Of a DNA stretch of 64,000 bases, positions 17,138 through 26,345 are shown in pieces (position 1 is the first letter of the stretch; every line of letters begins with the position of its first letter). Source of the DNA: Patescibacteria group bacterium (lineage in GTDB: Bacteria > Patescibacteriota > Patescibacteriia > SCPX01); contig SCPX01000056.1 in the NCBI GenBank assembly GCA_004298615.1, forward strand, positions 6,876-70,875, given 5' to 3'. The notes under the pieces are model-generated. The model searched no databases. It was not told the origin of the DNA and saw only the letters and a list, made by a program, of their open reading frames with translations. The position numbers were made by a program, and so were the translations under genes.

Positions 17138-17632
17138 ATGAAAAGTAAAAAATTTCTCGCAATAGCAGGGATATTTTCGCTTGCCGTTTTCAGCATCGGT
17201 TTGGCGGCAATCGGAGCGGATACTCAAAGTGTGACCGCAACAGTAACTCCGAAAAACATCTCTGTGACCGTAAGTCCTGGTTCAGTAGATTATGGCACTG
17301 TGGCCATCAATACAGAAAGCGCCCCGTCAGTCATTATTACTGCATCAAATAACGGTAATGTCGCAGAAAATTTTAATATAAAGGGCAGTAATTCAACGAA
17401 CTGGACTTTGAGTGATACGGCAGCCGGAGCGGATACATTTATGCATAAGTTTGCAAAGTCTGGTGATAGCTATGCGGCATACACCGCATTGCACAATACT
17501 AATTATACAGCCTTGGCCACCGCGGTTGGTACTTCTGGATCGCAACTCTTTAAACTAAAGTTAATTACGCCAACTTCAACCGCAACTTATGCCCAGCAAA
17601 GTACGACTGTGACAATTCAAGCAACTGAATAA
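17138..17632 (+). CDS. Secreted Ser/Thr-rich all-beta protein, pilin/filament-subunit candidate
   Basis: Signal peptide; SVTATVT..ISVTVSP.SVDYG, N.GNV..NF.I.G and terminal TVTI.A strand. Confidence 0.65.
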   Translation: MKSKKFLAIAGIFSLAVFSIGLAAIGADTQSVTATVTPKNISVTVSPGSVDYGTVAINTESAPSVIITASNNGNVAENFNIKGSNSTNWTLSDTAAGADTFMHKFAKSGDSYAAYTALHNTNYTALATAVGTSGSQLFKLKLITPTSTATYAQQSTTVTIQATE

Positions 17633-17755
17633 AAAAAAAGAGACTTTAAATGTCCGGTCTTGTCGTTACCCATCAATGTTTTAACGGAGATGGGCGGAGG
17701 GGAGAGGGTCTTTTGACAAACTCAAGACGACCTTCTCCTTTCTTAAGATATTAGT

Positions 17756-19921
17756 ATGGGAAAATATGGCCGTTTGGCAATTTTTGTTTTTATTTTTGCG
17801 AGTGCGGTGTCGGGACTCGCATTTTTTGCAGTAGCCGAAAAGCCGATTGAGCCCGCCGATATTGCCAGGGCAGACGCCAAGGTAAAAGCGTTAAAAAAAA
17901 TTGACGCTGATAAAAATAAAATTTTTGATGATTTGGAAGAGAAATTAAAAGGAAAAAACGACGCGGAGACCGCTGAAGTGATAATTTTGTTTGATCATAA
18001 ATTATCGGACGCGGAGGACGCGGAGATTGCGCGAAAAATTTCAGAGAAAAACCCGGCCCATCGCTATACTGCAATTCCTGGAATGGCAATCACGCTTTCC
18101 AAGCGAGAAATTAAAGATCTCGCATCATCTCCTCTGATTAAACAAATTGAAGACGATGCCGAGGTCCGTCCTTTTCTTGATAATTCCGTCAAATGGTTCG
18201 GCACTCAAAAAGCGCGGAAGGATTTTAGCGTGGACGGAAACGCGGACGGACTGGCCGCTTATTCCAAAGATGATATTGTGGCGGCCGTGCTTGATTCAGG
18301 TGTTGATCCCAATCATATTGATCTGGACGGCGGAAAAATTATCGGGTGGAAAGATTTTGCCACGGGCCAGGCCAATCCTTATGATCAAGTACCGGGCTGC
18401 GGCGGACACGGTACGCATGTTTCTTCAATTATTGCCGGCTCGGGCGAAGGCAATGTACTTTATAAAGGCGTGGCGCCGGGCGCCGCTTTGGTTGCCGTAA
18501 AAGTTTTAAAGCGGCAGGGCAATATTTGCACCGGCACGGTAAGCGATATTAATGCCGGCATTCAATGGGTGATTGACAATAAGGTTGCTTTGGGAATTGA
18601 AATAATAAATATGAGCTTGGGGGGAACGGGGTGTTCGAACGGCGCTGATTCGTTGTCTTTGATGGTCAATAGCGCTGTCGCTTCCGGAATTGCGGTTACT
18701 CTTGCGGCTGGCAATGAAGGGCCGGGCACCTGCACTATCAGTTCTCCGGCCGCGGCCGCCGATGCCATTACTGTCGGCGCTATGGCGGATGTGAATCCCG
18801 GCGCAAGCAGTCTTGACGGATATTGCGACGGCACGAGTTTAACCGCAGATCTGCCGAACAAAGGATTTTATTTGGCTTGTTTTTCTTCGCGCGGACCGAC
18901 AGCCGATGGACGCACCAAGCCGGACATCGCTTCGCCCGGCGTAATGATTATGGCCGCGCAGGCCGGCACAACCAATGGCTATGTAAGTTATAATGGTACG
19001 AGTATGGCCAGTCCTTTTACTGCCGGCGTGGCCGCGCTTATGCTGGATGCCAATCCGGGCCTGACGCCCGCCCAGATTAAATCAATGATAAAAGGTGCCG
19101 CCAAGGATTGGGGGCCGAGCGGAGACGATGTTGATTATGGCGCGGGCCGACTGGACGGATATGAAGCAATCAAAGCGGCCGGAAGTTTCACGGGCGCCAA
19201 TATCATAGTACCGGATCATCAATATTTTGCCGGAAGTCTTTCGGGCAGCGGCGATTTTGATTGGTACGATATTAATATTACGGATGCGGATTATCCGATC
19301 GCCGTCGCTATGATTATGCCGAATTGGACGGGGACATCCAGTCCCGATTTTGATATGAAGCTCTATCTGGCCGACGGGACAACGCAGGCGGGATCGTCCG
19401 AAGGCGTATTGCGTCAGGAAACAATCGGGTATCAGCCTGTTTCTGCCGGCGCTTATAAATTAAGAGTTTATCAATACGCGGGCAGCGGCAATTATTTTCT
19501 GGATATTTCCGCGCGTACGGCGGTGGTCAGCATTACTCTCGCCACTGACGGAAGCGTCAATTTCGGCACGGTAGCGCTGAATGCTTCAAAAGACACGACC
19601 CCCTCCGGCATTAATGATCCGGAAATAGTGCGCGTGGATACGGGTCCGGCTGATTTGTCCGTGCGTTCCACCAATTTTTCAGACGGGAGCAATAATTGGA
19701 GCTTGGGAACAAGCCCGGGCGCCAATCAAATCAAATGGGATTTTTCAAAAGATGGCAGCGCTTGGACGAATTTCGCGGCCGCCGGAACAAATTATCCTTT
19801 TGATTCGGCAGTGCCGGAATCAGACACGCGCGATCTCAATCTGCGCCTCACGCTGCCCTCAAGCACCTCGTCCAATAACAGTCACAGCGCGACAGTGACG
19901 ATAGTGGCGACGACGCCTTAA
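17756..19921 (+). CDS. Subtilisin-like S8 serine protease with propeptide, PPC-like domain and C-terminal pilin-like domain
   Basis: VLDSG, GHGTHV, AAGNEG, FSSRGP, KPDI.SPG and GTSMASP catalytic motifs. Confidence 0.92.
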   Translation: MGKYGRLAIFVFIFASAVSGLAFFAVAEKPIEPADIARADAKVKALKKIDADKNKIFDDLEEKLKGKNDAETAEVIILFDHKLSDAEDAEIARKISEKNPAHRYTAIPGMAITLSKREIKDLASSPLIKQIEDDAEVRPFLDNSVKWFGTQKARKDFSVDGNADGLAAYSKDDIVAAVLDSGVDPNHIDLDGGKIIGWKDFATGQANPYDQVPGCGGHGTHVSSIIAGSGEGNVLYKGVAPGAALVAVKVLKRQGNICTGTVSDINAGIQWVIDNKVALGIEIINMSLGGTGCSNGADSLSLMVNSAVASGIAVTLAAGNEGPGTCTISSPAAAADAITVGAMADVNPGASSLDGYCDGTSLTADLPNKGFYLACFSSRGPTADGRTKPDIASPGVMIMAAQAGTTNGYVSYNGTSMASPFTAGVAALMLDANPGLTPAQIKSMIKGAAKDWGPSGDDVDYGAGRLDGYEAIKAAGSFTGANIIVPDHQYFAGSLSGSGDFDWYDINITDADYPIAVAMIMPNWTGTSSPDFDMKLYLADGTTQAGSSEGVLRQETIGYQPVSAGAYKLRVYQYAGSGNYFLDISARTAVVSITLATDGSVNFGTVALNASKDTTPSGINDPEIVRVDTGPADLSVRSTNFSDGSNNWSLGTSPGANQIKWDFSKDGSAWTNFAAAGTNYPFDSAVPESDTRDLNLRLTLPSSTSSNNSHSATVTIVATTP

Positions 19922-19999
19922 ATTCCAAATTCAAAGTTCAAATTTAAAAATTCAAAATTACAATTCAAAGTTTAAAATTTTTTAATCATTAATGTATTT

Positions 20000-20593
20000 A
20001 TGCGCAATCTTATTCGTATTTTTTTTATCGCCGTATTATTAAGCATTCCGGTAGTCAGTTTCGCCAATGTCGGCGTGGGAGTTGGTTTGGGGAAAATTGA
20101 AATCACGGAAAAATTGTCGCCCGGGGGCATTTATAAATTAAATTCCATACCGGTTTTGAACACGGGCGATGAAGCGGGCGCCTACGAAGTGGCGGCGACT
20201 TTTATGGCTGATCAGAAAGAATCGCGGCCCAAAGAGGATTGGTTTATTTTTGATCCGAAAACTTTTGAACTGGCGCCCGGCGAATCAAAATCAGTCAGCG
20301 TGACTATGACTCTTCCGATGAACGCCAAGCCCGGAGCTTATTTTGCTTTTTTGGAAGCGCATCCGACAGCCAAGAAAGAAGGCGTGTCAATCGGCGTGGC
20401 GGCCGCGACCAAGCTTTATTTTACGGTAGCGCCCAAAGGAGTTTTAGGGGCTTTTACTGCCCGCGCCTCCAGCCTCCTCAATCAAACCGCGCCCGGCTCA
20501 TTTATTGTTTTAGCCGTTTTGGGTATTCTTGCCTTAGCGATTGTTTTCCAAAAATTCTTCAAGGTGTCTTTCAATATTAAGAGAAAAAAGTAA
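20000..20593 (+). CDS. Secreted Ig-like protein with C-terminal TM anchor
   Basis: Signal peptide; V.NTGD, F.L.PGE...V, P..A.PG.Y; TM helix plus basic tail. Confidence 0.7.
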   Translation: MRNLIRIFFIAVLLSIPVVSFANVGVGVGLGKIEITEKLSPGGIYKLNSIPVLNTGDEAGAYEVAATFMADQKESRPKEDWFIFDPKTFELAPGESKSVSVTMTLPMNAKPGAYFAFLEAHPTAKKEGVSIGVAAATKLYFTVAPKGVLGAFTARASSLLNQTAPGSFIVLAVLGILALAIVFQKFFKVSFNIKRKK

Positions 20594-20656
20594 AAACACA
20601 TTACTGGGTGTTCTGAACAGAGCGGAAGATGCCGAGGATAATACATTATAAAATGT

Positions 20657-21142
20657 ATGAAACGATTATTTTTTTTCATCTTTATACTTTTCTGCCTCTC
20701 TTTTGCGGCGCTGACGGTCTATGCCGCGTCGCAAATTTTGGTGACGGTCGGCGTTAATCCTTTAAATGTTGACGCGGACGCGAAAGGGAATCTTCGGGTT
20801 GGAAAAATTTTTACGCTTCAAACGAGGATTGAAAATAAAGGAGACGCGGCGCTTCAATATGCGACGGCCGAGCTTTTTGCTCCAAAAGAGATTGAGCTTG
20901 TCAGCGGGAGTTCGCAAGAATTTATAGGGGAAATCAAAGGCGGCCGGCATAAAGATGTCCGATGGAAGCTCAAAGCGGCTCTGTCCGGGCAGTATATAGC
21001 GACAGTGCGCGCTCAAGGAATAAATGAAGGAGGGGATAGCGTCTCAAGCGAAGATTCTATTCTCCTTGATATAAGAGAACCGCGCGGTTTAGGCGCAATT
21101 TTTGAAATATTTAGTCGCTTAGCGGCGATGTTTGATAATTGA
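20657..21142 (+). CDS. Secreted Ig-like (CARDB/DUF11-like) protein
   Basis: Signal peptide; VG..F.L...IEN.G...L..P...V.W...A...G.Y. Confidence 0.65.
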   Translation: MKRLFFFIFILFCLSFAALTVYAASQILVTVGVNPLNVDADAKGNLRVGKIFTLQTRIENKGDAALQYATAELFAPKEIELVSGSSQEFIGEIKGGRHKDVRWKLKAALSGQYIATVRAQGINEGGDSVSSEDSILLDIREPRGLGAIFEIFSRLAAMFDN

Positions 21143-21143
21143 T

Positions 21144-21180
21144 TTGACGCCATTTATTTTCTTTACTACACTTTGTAGTA
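21144..21180 (+). promoter_or_regulatory. Promoter overlapped by a BlaI/CopY-type operator TACTAC-N5-GTAGTA
   Basis: TTGACG-17-TACACT; palindrome at 21164-21180. Confidence 0.65.
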
Positions 21181-21221
21181 GTATGTGGCGATAATTATAA
21201 GATCAAAAGGAGGTGATATTT

Positions 21222-21452
21222 ATGATGTGGGATACATATGGTTTCGGCATAGGCTGGTCTTTTATGTGGATTTTTATGCTGCTTTTTTGGGTGTTGGTTA
21301 TTCTGGGAATCTTCGCGCTGATTCGCTGGCTTTCCCAAGGAGGCGAATCAAGAAACGGCGGGAGAGCGCTGGATATTTTGAAAGAACGCTACGCCAAGGG
21401 AGAAATTGACAAAAAAGAATTTGAGGAAAGGAAAAAAGACCTAATGTCTTGA
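21222..21452 (+). CDS. SHOCT-domain small membrane protein
   Basis: SD AGGAGG; TM helix; [21 protein letters not shown]. Confidence 0.9.
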   Translation: MMWDTYGFGIGWSFMWIFMLLFWVLVILGIFALIRWLSQGGESRNGGRALDILKERYAKGEIDKKEFEERKKDLMS

Positions 21453-21631
21453 TTATGCCGAATATTTTAATTATCGCGGTCCGAAATTTGTTCGGAGAAA
21501 AAGGACGCTTTTTTGACCATCGAGGGCGCTTGACCTTTTCATTTAGAGATAGTAATTTAAAGATATTGCCAGAGTCGTCATTAGGCAATATTAATGTTCT
21601 TTAACCAATTTATTTACCAGGGGGGAGTGCC

Positions 21632-22126
21632 ATGAAAAAATTAGTAATGGATGATGATAAGAAAATTGAGGATTATATTAAAAAAGAATTCGGCAGCGTT
21701 GAATCGTGCTGCGGAGTAATAATGCCGCCTTTGGAATCAGTGATTGAGATTTTTGAACCGTTGGAGACATGTCATGAATGCATTAAACCGCTCTCATCCT
21801 CATTTATTGCGTCAATGGCAAGAATGTTCGGGACCTTTCTTGAAGACAACGAAGCCGGTCTGGACGAGAATTACTGTATACCGCCTGGCACGTATACCGT
21901 TGTTTTTTTTGAAGGCAACCATAATTTACCGCATTGGGCGCATATTGAACCGGTGAACGGAGGACATGAGATCAAATTCTGTGCCGGTAATTGCGGCGAT
22001 GCCGTTATTGATTGGAGAGGAGCGCGAAAATCTCCCTTATCTCCTCCGGAAGAGAAGCGGATTGACAGAAAGTTGGAAAAGATGGCGAGAGAGGCGGACA
22101 GACGACGAGCTCTCAAAAATAAATAG
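21632..22126 (+). CDS. Hypothetical Cys/His-rich protein
   Basis: SD GGGGAG; 164-aa ORF with CC, CxxC and CxxxC; no family recognised. Confidence 0.55.
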   Translation: MKKLVMDDDKKIEDYIKKEFGSVESCCGVIMPPLESVIEIFEPLETCHECIKPLSSSFIASMARMFGTFLEDNEAGLDENYCIPPGTYTVVFFEGNHNLPHWAHIEPVNGGHEIKFCAGNCGDAVIDWRGARKSPLSPPEEKRIDRKLEKMAREADRRRALKNK

Positions 22127-22236
22127 AAATATCAAAAACGTTTTTCAGGATGGATTCATTCGCCGCCATTGCGCAATGCTTTGGCGGTTTAATTTTTCCG
22201 AAAAATTTTAGAAGATAAATTCAGCCGATTCGGACA

Positions 22237-22273
22237 TTGACATTATTATTTCTATGTACTACACTAAGTAGTA
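22237..22273 (+). promoter_or_regulatory. Promoter of the copper operon with BlaI/CopY-type operator TACTAC-N5-GTAGTA
   Basis: TTGACA-17-TACACT; palindrome at 22257-22273. Confidence 0.7.
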
Positions 22274-22325
22274 GACAGTATCGATCATGTGCATAAGTTA
22301 ATTTTATGAATTTTAGTCATCGGAT

Positions 22326-23384
22326 ATGAGCTATTTTGCCATTTTTATCACCGCGTTTTTTGCCAGCGTGCATTGTGCCCTGATGTTTTCCGGGTTTATC
22401 TTGGCGTACTCGGTAAAAAAGACAAGCGACGGGCATACGCACCAACAAGAAGGCGTTTGGAAAAAACATTTATTGTTTAATGGAGGAAGAATCGTCAGCT
22501 TCACCATTATCGGAGCGATTTTGGGCGCGATCGGATCGTTTTTCACTCTTTCCGCGACTTTTAACGCGTGGATTACCATTGCTGCGGCTGTTATTATGGT
22601 ATTGTACGGCCTATCGATGCTTGAAATAAAATCTTTGCGGAAAATGAACAACTCTGTTCCGCGTTGGCTTTATCAACTGACCAAAAAACACGCCAATGAA
22701 CATGGACACAACCGGTTTGGAAAATTTCAACCGGCTGTTTTGGGAGTTCTAACCACTTTGATTCCGTGCGGACCGATTCAGGCATTGCAGATTCTCGCTC
22801 TTGGATCGGGGAGCGCCGTGCAAGGAGCGGCAATAATGCTGATTACGGGTATTGCCACGGCGCCCTTGCTTATGGGCTTGGGCGGGGTGGTTACCAGAAT
22901 GGCCGGAGCATTGAGGCAGAAAATGATCCGCTACGCCGCAATCGCTATTTTAATTTTCGCAATTTTGACTTTTGACCGGGGGCTGGCTTTGGCCGGATCG
23001 TCTTTCAGCGTTATACCCGATATTGGCAAGGTGAGAGAATCTTTTGCCTTGGTGATGGGCAGCGGCAATCCAAGTTCTTTTGAATCGGCTGAAAGCGTCT
23101 CGGTTAACGGCGGAATTCAAGAACTGACTCTCACGGCTGACGGAAGAATCGGCTATACGCCGAGCAGCTTGACCGTAAAAAAAGATGTTCTGGTTAAATT
23201 AACCGTCAAATACAACGGCCGCGGAGGATGCATAAAGCAATTTTTAATCCCGACTTTTGGCGTAAATGTCACACTGCCGGATAATGGCTCAAAAGTGGTG
23301 GAGTTTATCCCAAACAAATCAGGATCATTTACTATCACTTGTGGAATGGGAATGTATCGGGGAACGCTGGTGGTTGAGAATTAA
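22326..23384 (+). CDS. DsbD_2/TauE-SafE-like membrane protein with C-terminal cupredoxin domain
   Basis: HC..M, FN.GR..S, IPCG and terminal TCGMGMY.G. Confidence 0.85.
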   Translation: MSYFAIFITAFFASVHCALMFSGFILAYSVKKTSDGHTHQQEGVWKKHLLFNGGRIVSFTIIGAILGAIGSFFTLSATFNAWITIAAAVIMVLYGLSMLEIKSLRKMNNSVPRWLYQLTKKHANEHGHNRFGKFQPAVLGVLTTLIPCGPIQALQILALGSGSAVQGAAIMLITGIATAPLLMGLGGVVTRMAGALRQKMIRYAAIAILIFAILTFDRGLALAGSSFSVIPDIGKVRESFALVMGSGNPSSFESAESVSVNGGIQELTLTADGRIGYTPSSLTVKKDVLVKLTVKYNGRGGCIKQFLIPTFGVNVTLPDNGSKVVEFIPNKSGSFTITCGMGMYRGTLVVEN

Positions 23385-23417
23385 GTATCAAGTATTGAGT
23401 ATTAAGTATTTTAGAAT

Positions 23418-23642
23418 ATGCTAAACAAAATTATTCTCTCTATCAAGGGAATGCATTGCGGCTCGTGCGCGTATTTGATTGAAGATATTTTAAAAGAACA
23501 AAAAGGAGTGGCCGAGGCAAAGGTTGATTTTGTCAAACAAACTTGCGAAGTGAAAATGGAAGAAGAAGTGAAGCCGGAAGAATTGATTAAAGCGATTCAT
23601 GACATTCAAGGAGAAGAATTTTCTGCGCAAATCGTGAATTAA
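23418..23642 (+). CDS. copZ: Copper chaperone (HMA domain)
   Basis: I.GMHCGSC motif, 74 aa. Confidence 0.85.
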   Translation: MLNKIILSIKGMHCGSCAYLIEDILKEQKGVAEAKVDFVKQTCEVKMEEEVKPEELIKAIHDIQGEEFSAQIVN

Positions 23643-23661
23643 GAGTAAAGCATTAAGAGTT

Positions 23662-24039
23662 ATGTCTCCTGATAAAATCATTGTCCTTATAGGAGGGATT
23701 GGCTTGATCGGCTTTATTGTCTGGTATTTTTTGATGCGGCCGGAAGAAAAAGAAGAAGCCAGGACCGAGGAAGGGGCGCAGGAAATAAAAATTTTGGTGG
23801 AACGCGGTTATGCTCCGGAGACGATCATTGCCAAAAAAGGAATTCTTTTGAAGCTGATGTTTGAGCGAAAAGAAGAGGACTCTTGTTCCGAGCGGCTGCT
23901 TATTCCAGAATTTAAAATCAATCAATTTTTGACTCCCAACGCGGTGACGGAAATTTCTTTTGTGCCGGACAAAGCTGGCGAATTTGAATTCCGTTGCGGA
24001 ATGGGGATGCTCCACGGAAAATTAATAGTTAAAAGTTAA
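23662..24039 (+). CDS. Membrane-anchored cupredoxin-domain protein (CupA-like)
   Basis: TM helix; GY.P, C, F.P...G.F.F.CGMGM.HG. Confidence 0.85.
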   Translation: MSPDKIIVLIGGIGLIGFIVWYFLMRPEEKEEARTEEGAQEIKILVERGYAPETIIAKKGILLKLMFERKEEDSCSERLLIPEFKINQFLTPNAVTEISFVPDKAGEFEFRCGMGMLHGKLIVKS

Positions 24040-24060
24040 AAGTGCAAAGTTAAAATCATT

Positions 24061-26319
24061 ATGGCTTCTAAGACGGTATATCTTTCCGGAATGACTTGCG
24101 CGTCGTGCGCGTTGACCATCGAGCGGACGCTTAAAAAGCAAAAGGGCGTGAAAAACGCTTCGGTTAATTTTGCTTTGCGCAAGGCGTTTGTGGATTATGA
24201 TGAAAAAGAAGCGAATACGGAAGATTGGGTAAAAAAGATTAAAGAAAGGGGATATGACGCGGAAGTGGAAAATGATCATCCGCAAGAAGAAGGGGAGAAG
24301 GATCGGGAAGAAAAGGCGCGTGAAAAAGAAACCTCCGAGCTGAAAAGAAAATTTTTAATCGGTCTTATTTTGTCAATTCCGATTTTTTTCGGAAGCTACC
24401 CTATGTGGTTTCCTTGGATGCCGGAAATTTTGACGGATTTCAGGATTTTGCTTTTACTGACGATTCCGGTGCAATTTTGGGTGGGATTGCAATTTTTGCG
24501 CGGAATGATTGCCGGATTTAGGCACCGATCGGCCGATATGAATACGCTGATCGGAATTGGTACTTTGGCTGCATTTTTTTTCAGCGCGGGCGTGACATTT
24601 TTTCCGGAAATTTTTCCCGAAAAACTGCGAGGCGATATTTATTACGACACCTCGGCTGTCATCATAACTTTGATTATCTTGGGAAGATATTTTGAGGCGC
24701 TCACTCGCGGCAAAGCCTCGCAGGCGATCCGCGCGCTGGTTGGGCTTCAACCAAAAACCGCGCACAGAATCAGGAATCATGAATCAGGAATCATGAATCA
24801 GGAATATGATGAAGTTCTAATTGAAGATATCAAAGTTGGTGATTTATTATTGGTAAAGCCCGGGGAAAAAATTCCGACTGACGGAGTGGTGGTAGAAGGA
24901 GGATCGGCCGTGAATGAATCAATGGTCACGGGCGAATCAATGCCGGTTTCCAAAAAAATAGGCGATACGGTCATCGGCGCGTCAATCAATGAGACCGGAA
25001 GTTTTATTTTTAGGGCGGCAAAAGTCGGCAAAGACACAATGCTTTCCGGAATTATCAAGCTGGTGGAAGAAGCGCAAGCTTCAAAAGCGCCTATCCAAAA
25101 ATTGGCCGATCTGGTGACGAGCTATTTTGTCCCGGCGGTTTTAATTATTGCGGTGGCGACATTTGCCGCGTGGTATGTTTGGGGGCCGGCGGAATCCGCC
25201 TTTACTTTCGCGCTTTTAAATATGGTGGGAGTTTTGATTATTGCTTGTCCCTGCGCTCTGGGATTAGCCACGCCCACGGCCATTATGGTCGGTACGGGCA
25301 AGGGCGCGCAAAACGGAATTCTCATTAAAGGCGGTGAGGCGCTGGAGCGCGCTTATAAAATCAATACGATAATTTTTGACAAGACCGGCACGCTCACGCG
25401 CGGCGAGCCCGAAGTGACCGATACGGTATTGCACTCGGATAAATCTCCGGAAGTATTGATCAGCTTGGCGGCGTCAGTTGAAAAAAGATCCGAGCATCCG
25501 TTGGCGTCAGCCATTGTTGAACACGCCAAGCAAAAAAATATTCCAATTTTTGAAGTTTCTGAATTCAAATCAATTTCCGGCCAAGGAATCCAAGGAAGGG
25601 TTGATGGAGATATCATTCAAATCGGCCGGCAATCGTTTTTGGAAGCCAATAATATTAAAATAAATGCCAATGTTTCGCGCGACATTGATCGACTCTCTGG
25701 CGAAGGAAAAACTCCGGTTTTGGTGGGTATTGGCGGTAATTTTGCCGGCATTATCGCCATTGCCGACGCTCTGAAAGAACATTCGGCCGAGGCGATAAAA
25801 AAAATCAAGCAGCAAAGCATCGAGACCTATATGATCACCGGCGATCATCAAAAAACCGCCGAGGCCATCGCCAAAAAAGTCGGGATTGAAAATGTAATGG
25901 CCGAAGTATTGCCCAAAGATAAGGCGCAAAAAGTAAAAGAACTTCAGGAAAAAGGCAAGATCGTCGCCATGGTGGGAGACGGCATTAATGACGCTCCGGC
26001 CTTGGCCCAGGCGGATTTGGGCATAGCTATCGGATCGGGGACTGATGTGGCGATTGAGACAGGCGACATAGTGCTGGTGAAAAGCGATTTGCGCGATGTG
26101 ATTCGTGCTATAATATTATCGCGCCGGACCGTCCGGACTATTTGGCAAAATCTTTTCTTTTCTTTCTTTTATAACGGAGCATTGATTCCCGTGGCCGCCG
26201 GTCTTCTTTTTCCTTTTTTCGGAATTTTGCTAAATCCCATCTTGGCCGGAGCGGCTATGGCGCTGTCATCCGTATCTGTTGTTTTGAATTCATTAAGACT
26301 GCAAAGAATTAAAATATAA
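24061..26319 (+). CDS. copA: Copper-translocating P1B-type ATPase
   Basis: GMTCASC, TGES, CPCALGLATP, DKTGT, SEHP, GDGINDAP, YN and MALSS. Confidence 0.96.
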   Translation: MASKTVYLSGMTCASCALTIERTLKKQKGVKNASVNFALRKAFVDYDEKEANTEDWVKKIKERGYDAEVENDHPQEEGEKDREEKAREKETSELKRKFLIGLILSIPIFFGSYPMWFPWMPEILTDFRILLLLTIPVQFWVGLQFLRGMIAGFRHRSADMNTLIGIGTLAAFFFSAGVTFFPEIFPEKLRGDIYYDTSAVIITLIILGRYFEALTRGKASQAIRALVGLQPKTAHRIRNHESGIMNQEYDEVLIEDIKVGDLLLVKPGEKIPTDGVVVEGGSAVNESMVTGESMPVSKKIGDTVIGASINETGSFIFRAAKVGKDTMLSGIIKLVEEAQASKAPIQKLADLVTSYFVPAVLIIAVATFAAWYVWGPAESAFTFALLNMVGVLIIACPCALGLATPTAIMVGTGKGAQNGILIKGGEALERAYKINTIIFDKTGTLTRGEPEVTDTVLHSDKSPEVLISLAASVEKRSEHPLASAIVEHAKQKNIPIFEVSEFKSISGQGIQGRVDGDIIQIGRQSFLEANNIKINANVSRDIDRLSGEGKTPVLVGIGGNFAGIIAIADALKEHSAEAIKKIKQQSIETYMITGDHQKTAEAIAKKVGIENVMAEVLPKDKAQKVKELQEKGKIVAMVGDGINDAPALAQADLGIAIGSGTDVAIETGDIVLVKSDLRDVIRAIILSRRTVRTIWQNLFFSFFYNGALIPVAAGLLFPFFGILLNPILAGAAMALSSVSVVLNSLRLQRIKI
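24767..24808 (+). repeat. Heptamer tandem repeat (GAATCAK)x5 plus one degenerate unit inside copA
   Basis: gaatcag gaatcat gaatcag gaatcat gaatcag gaatatg; 42 bp, so the reading frame is preserved. Confidence 0.8.
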
Positions 26320-26345
26320 ATCTTGAAAATTGTTAATTTGCAAAA

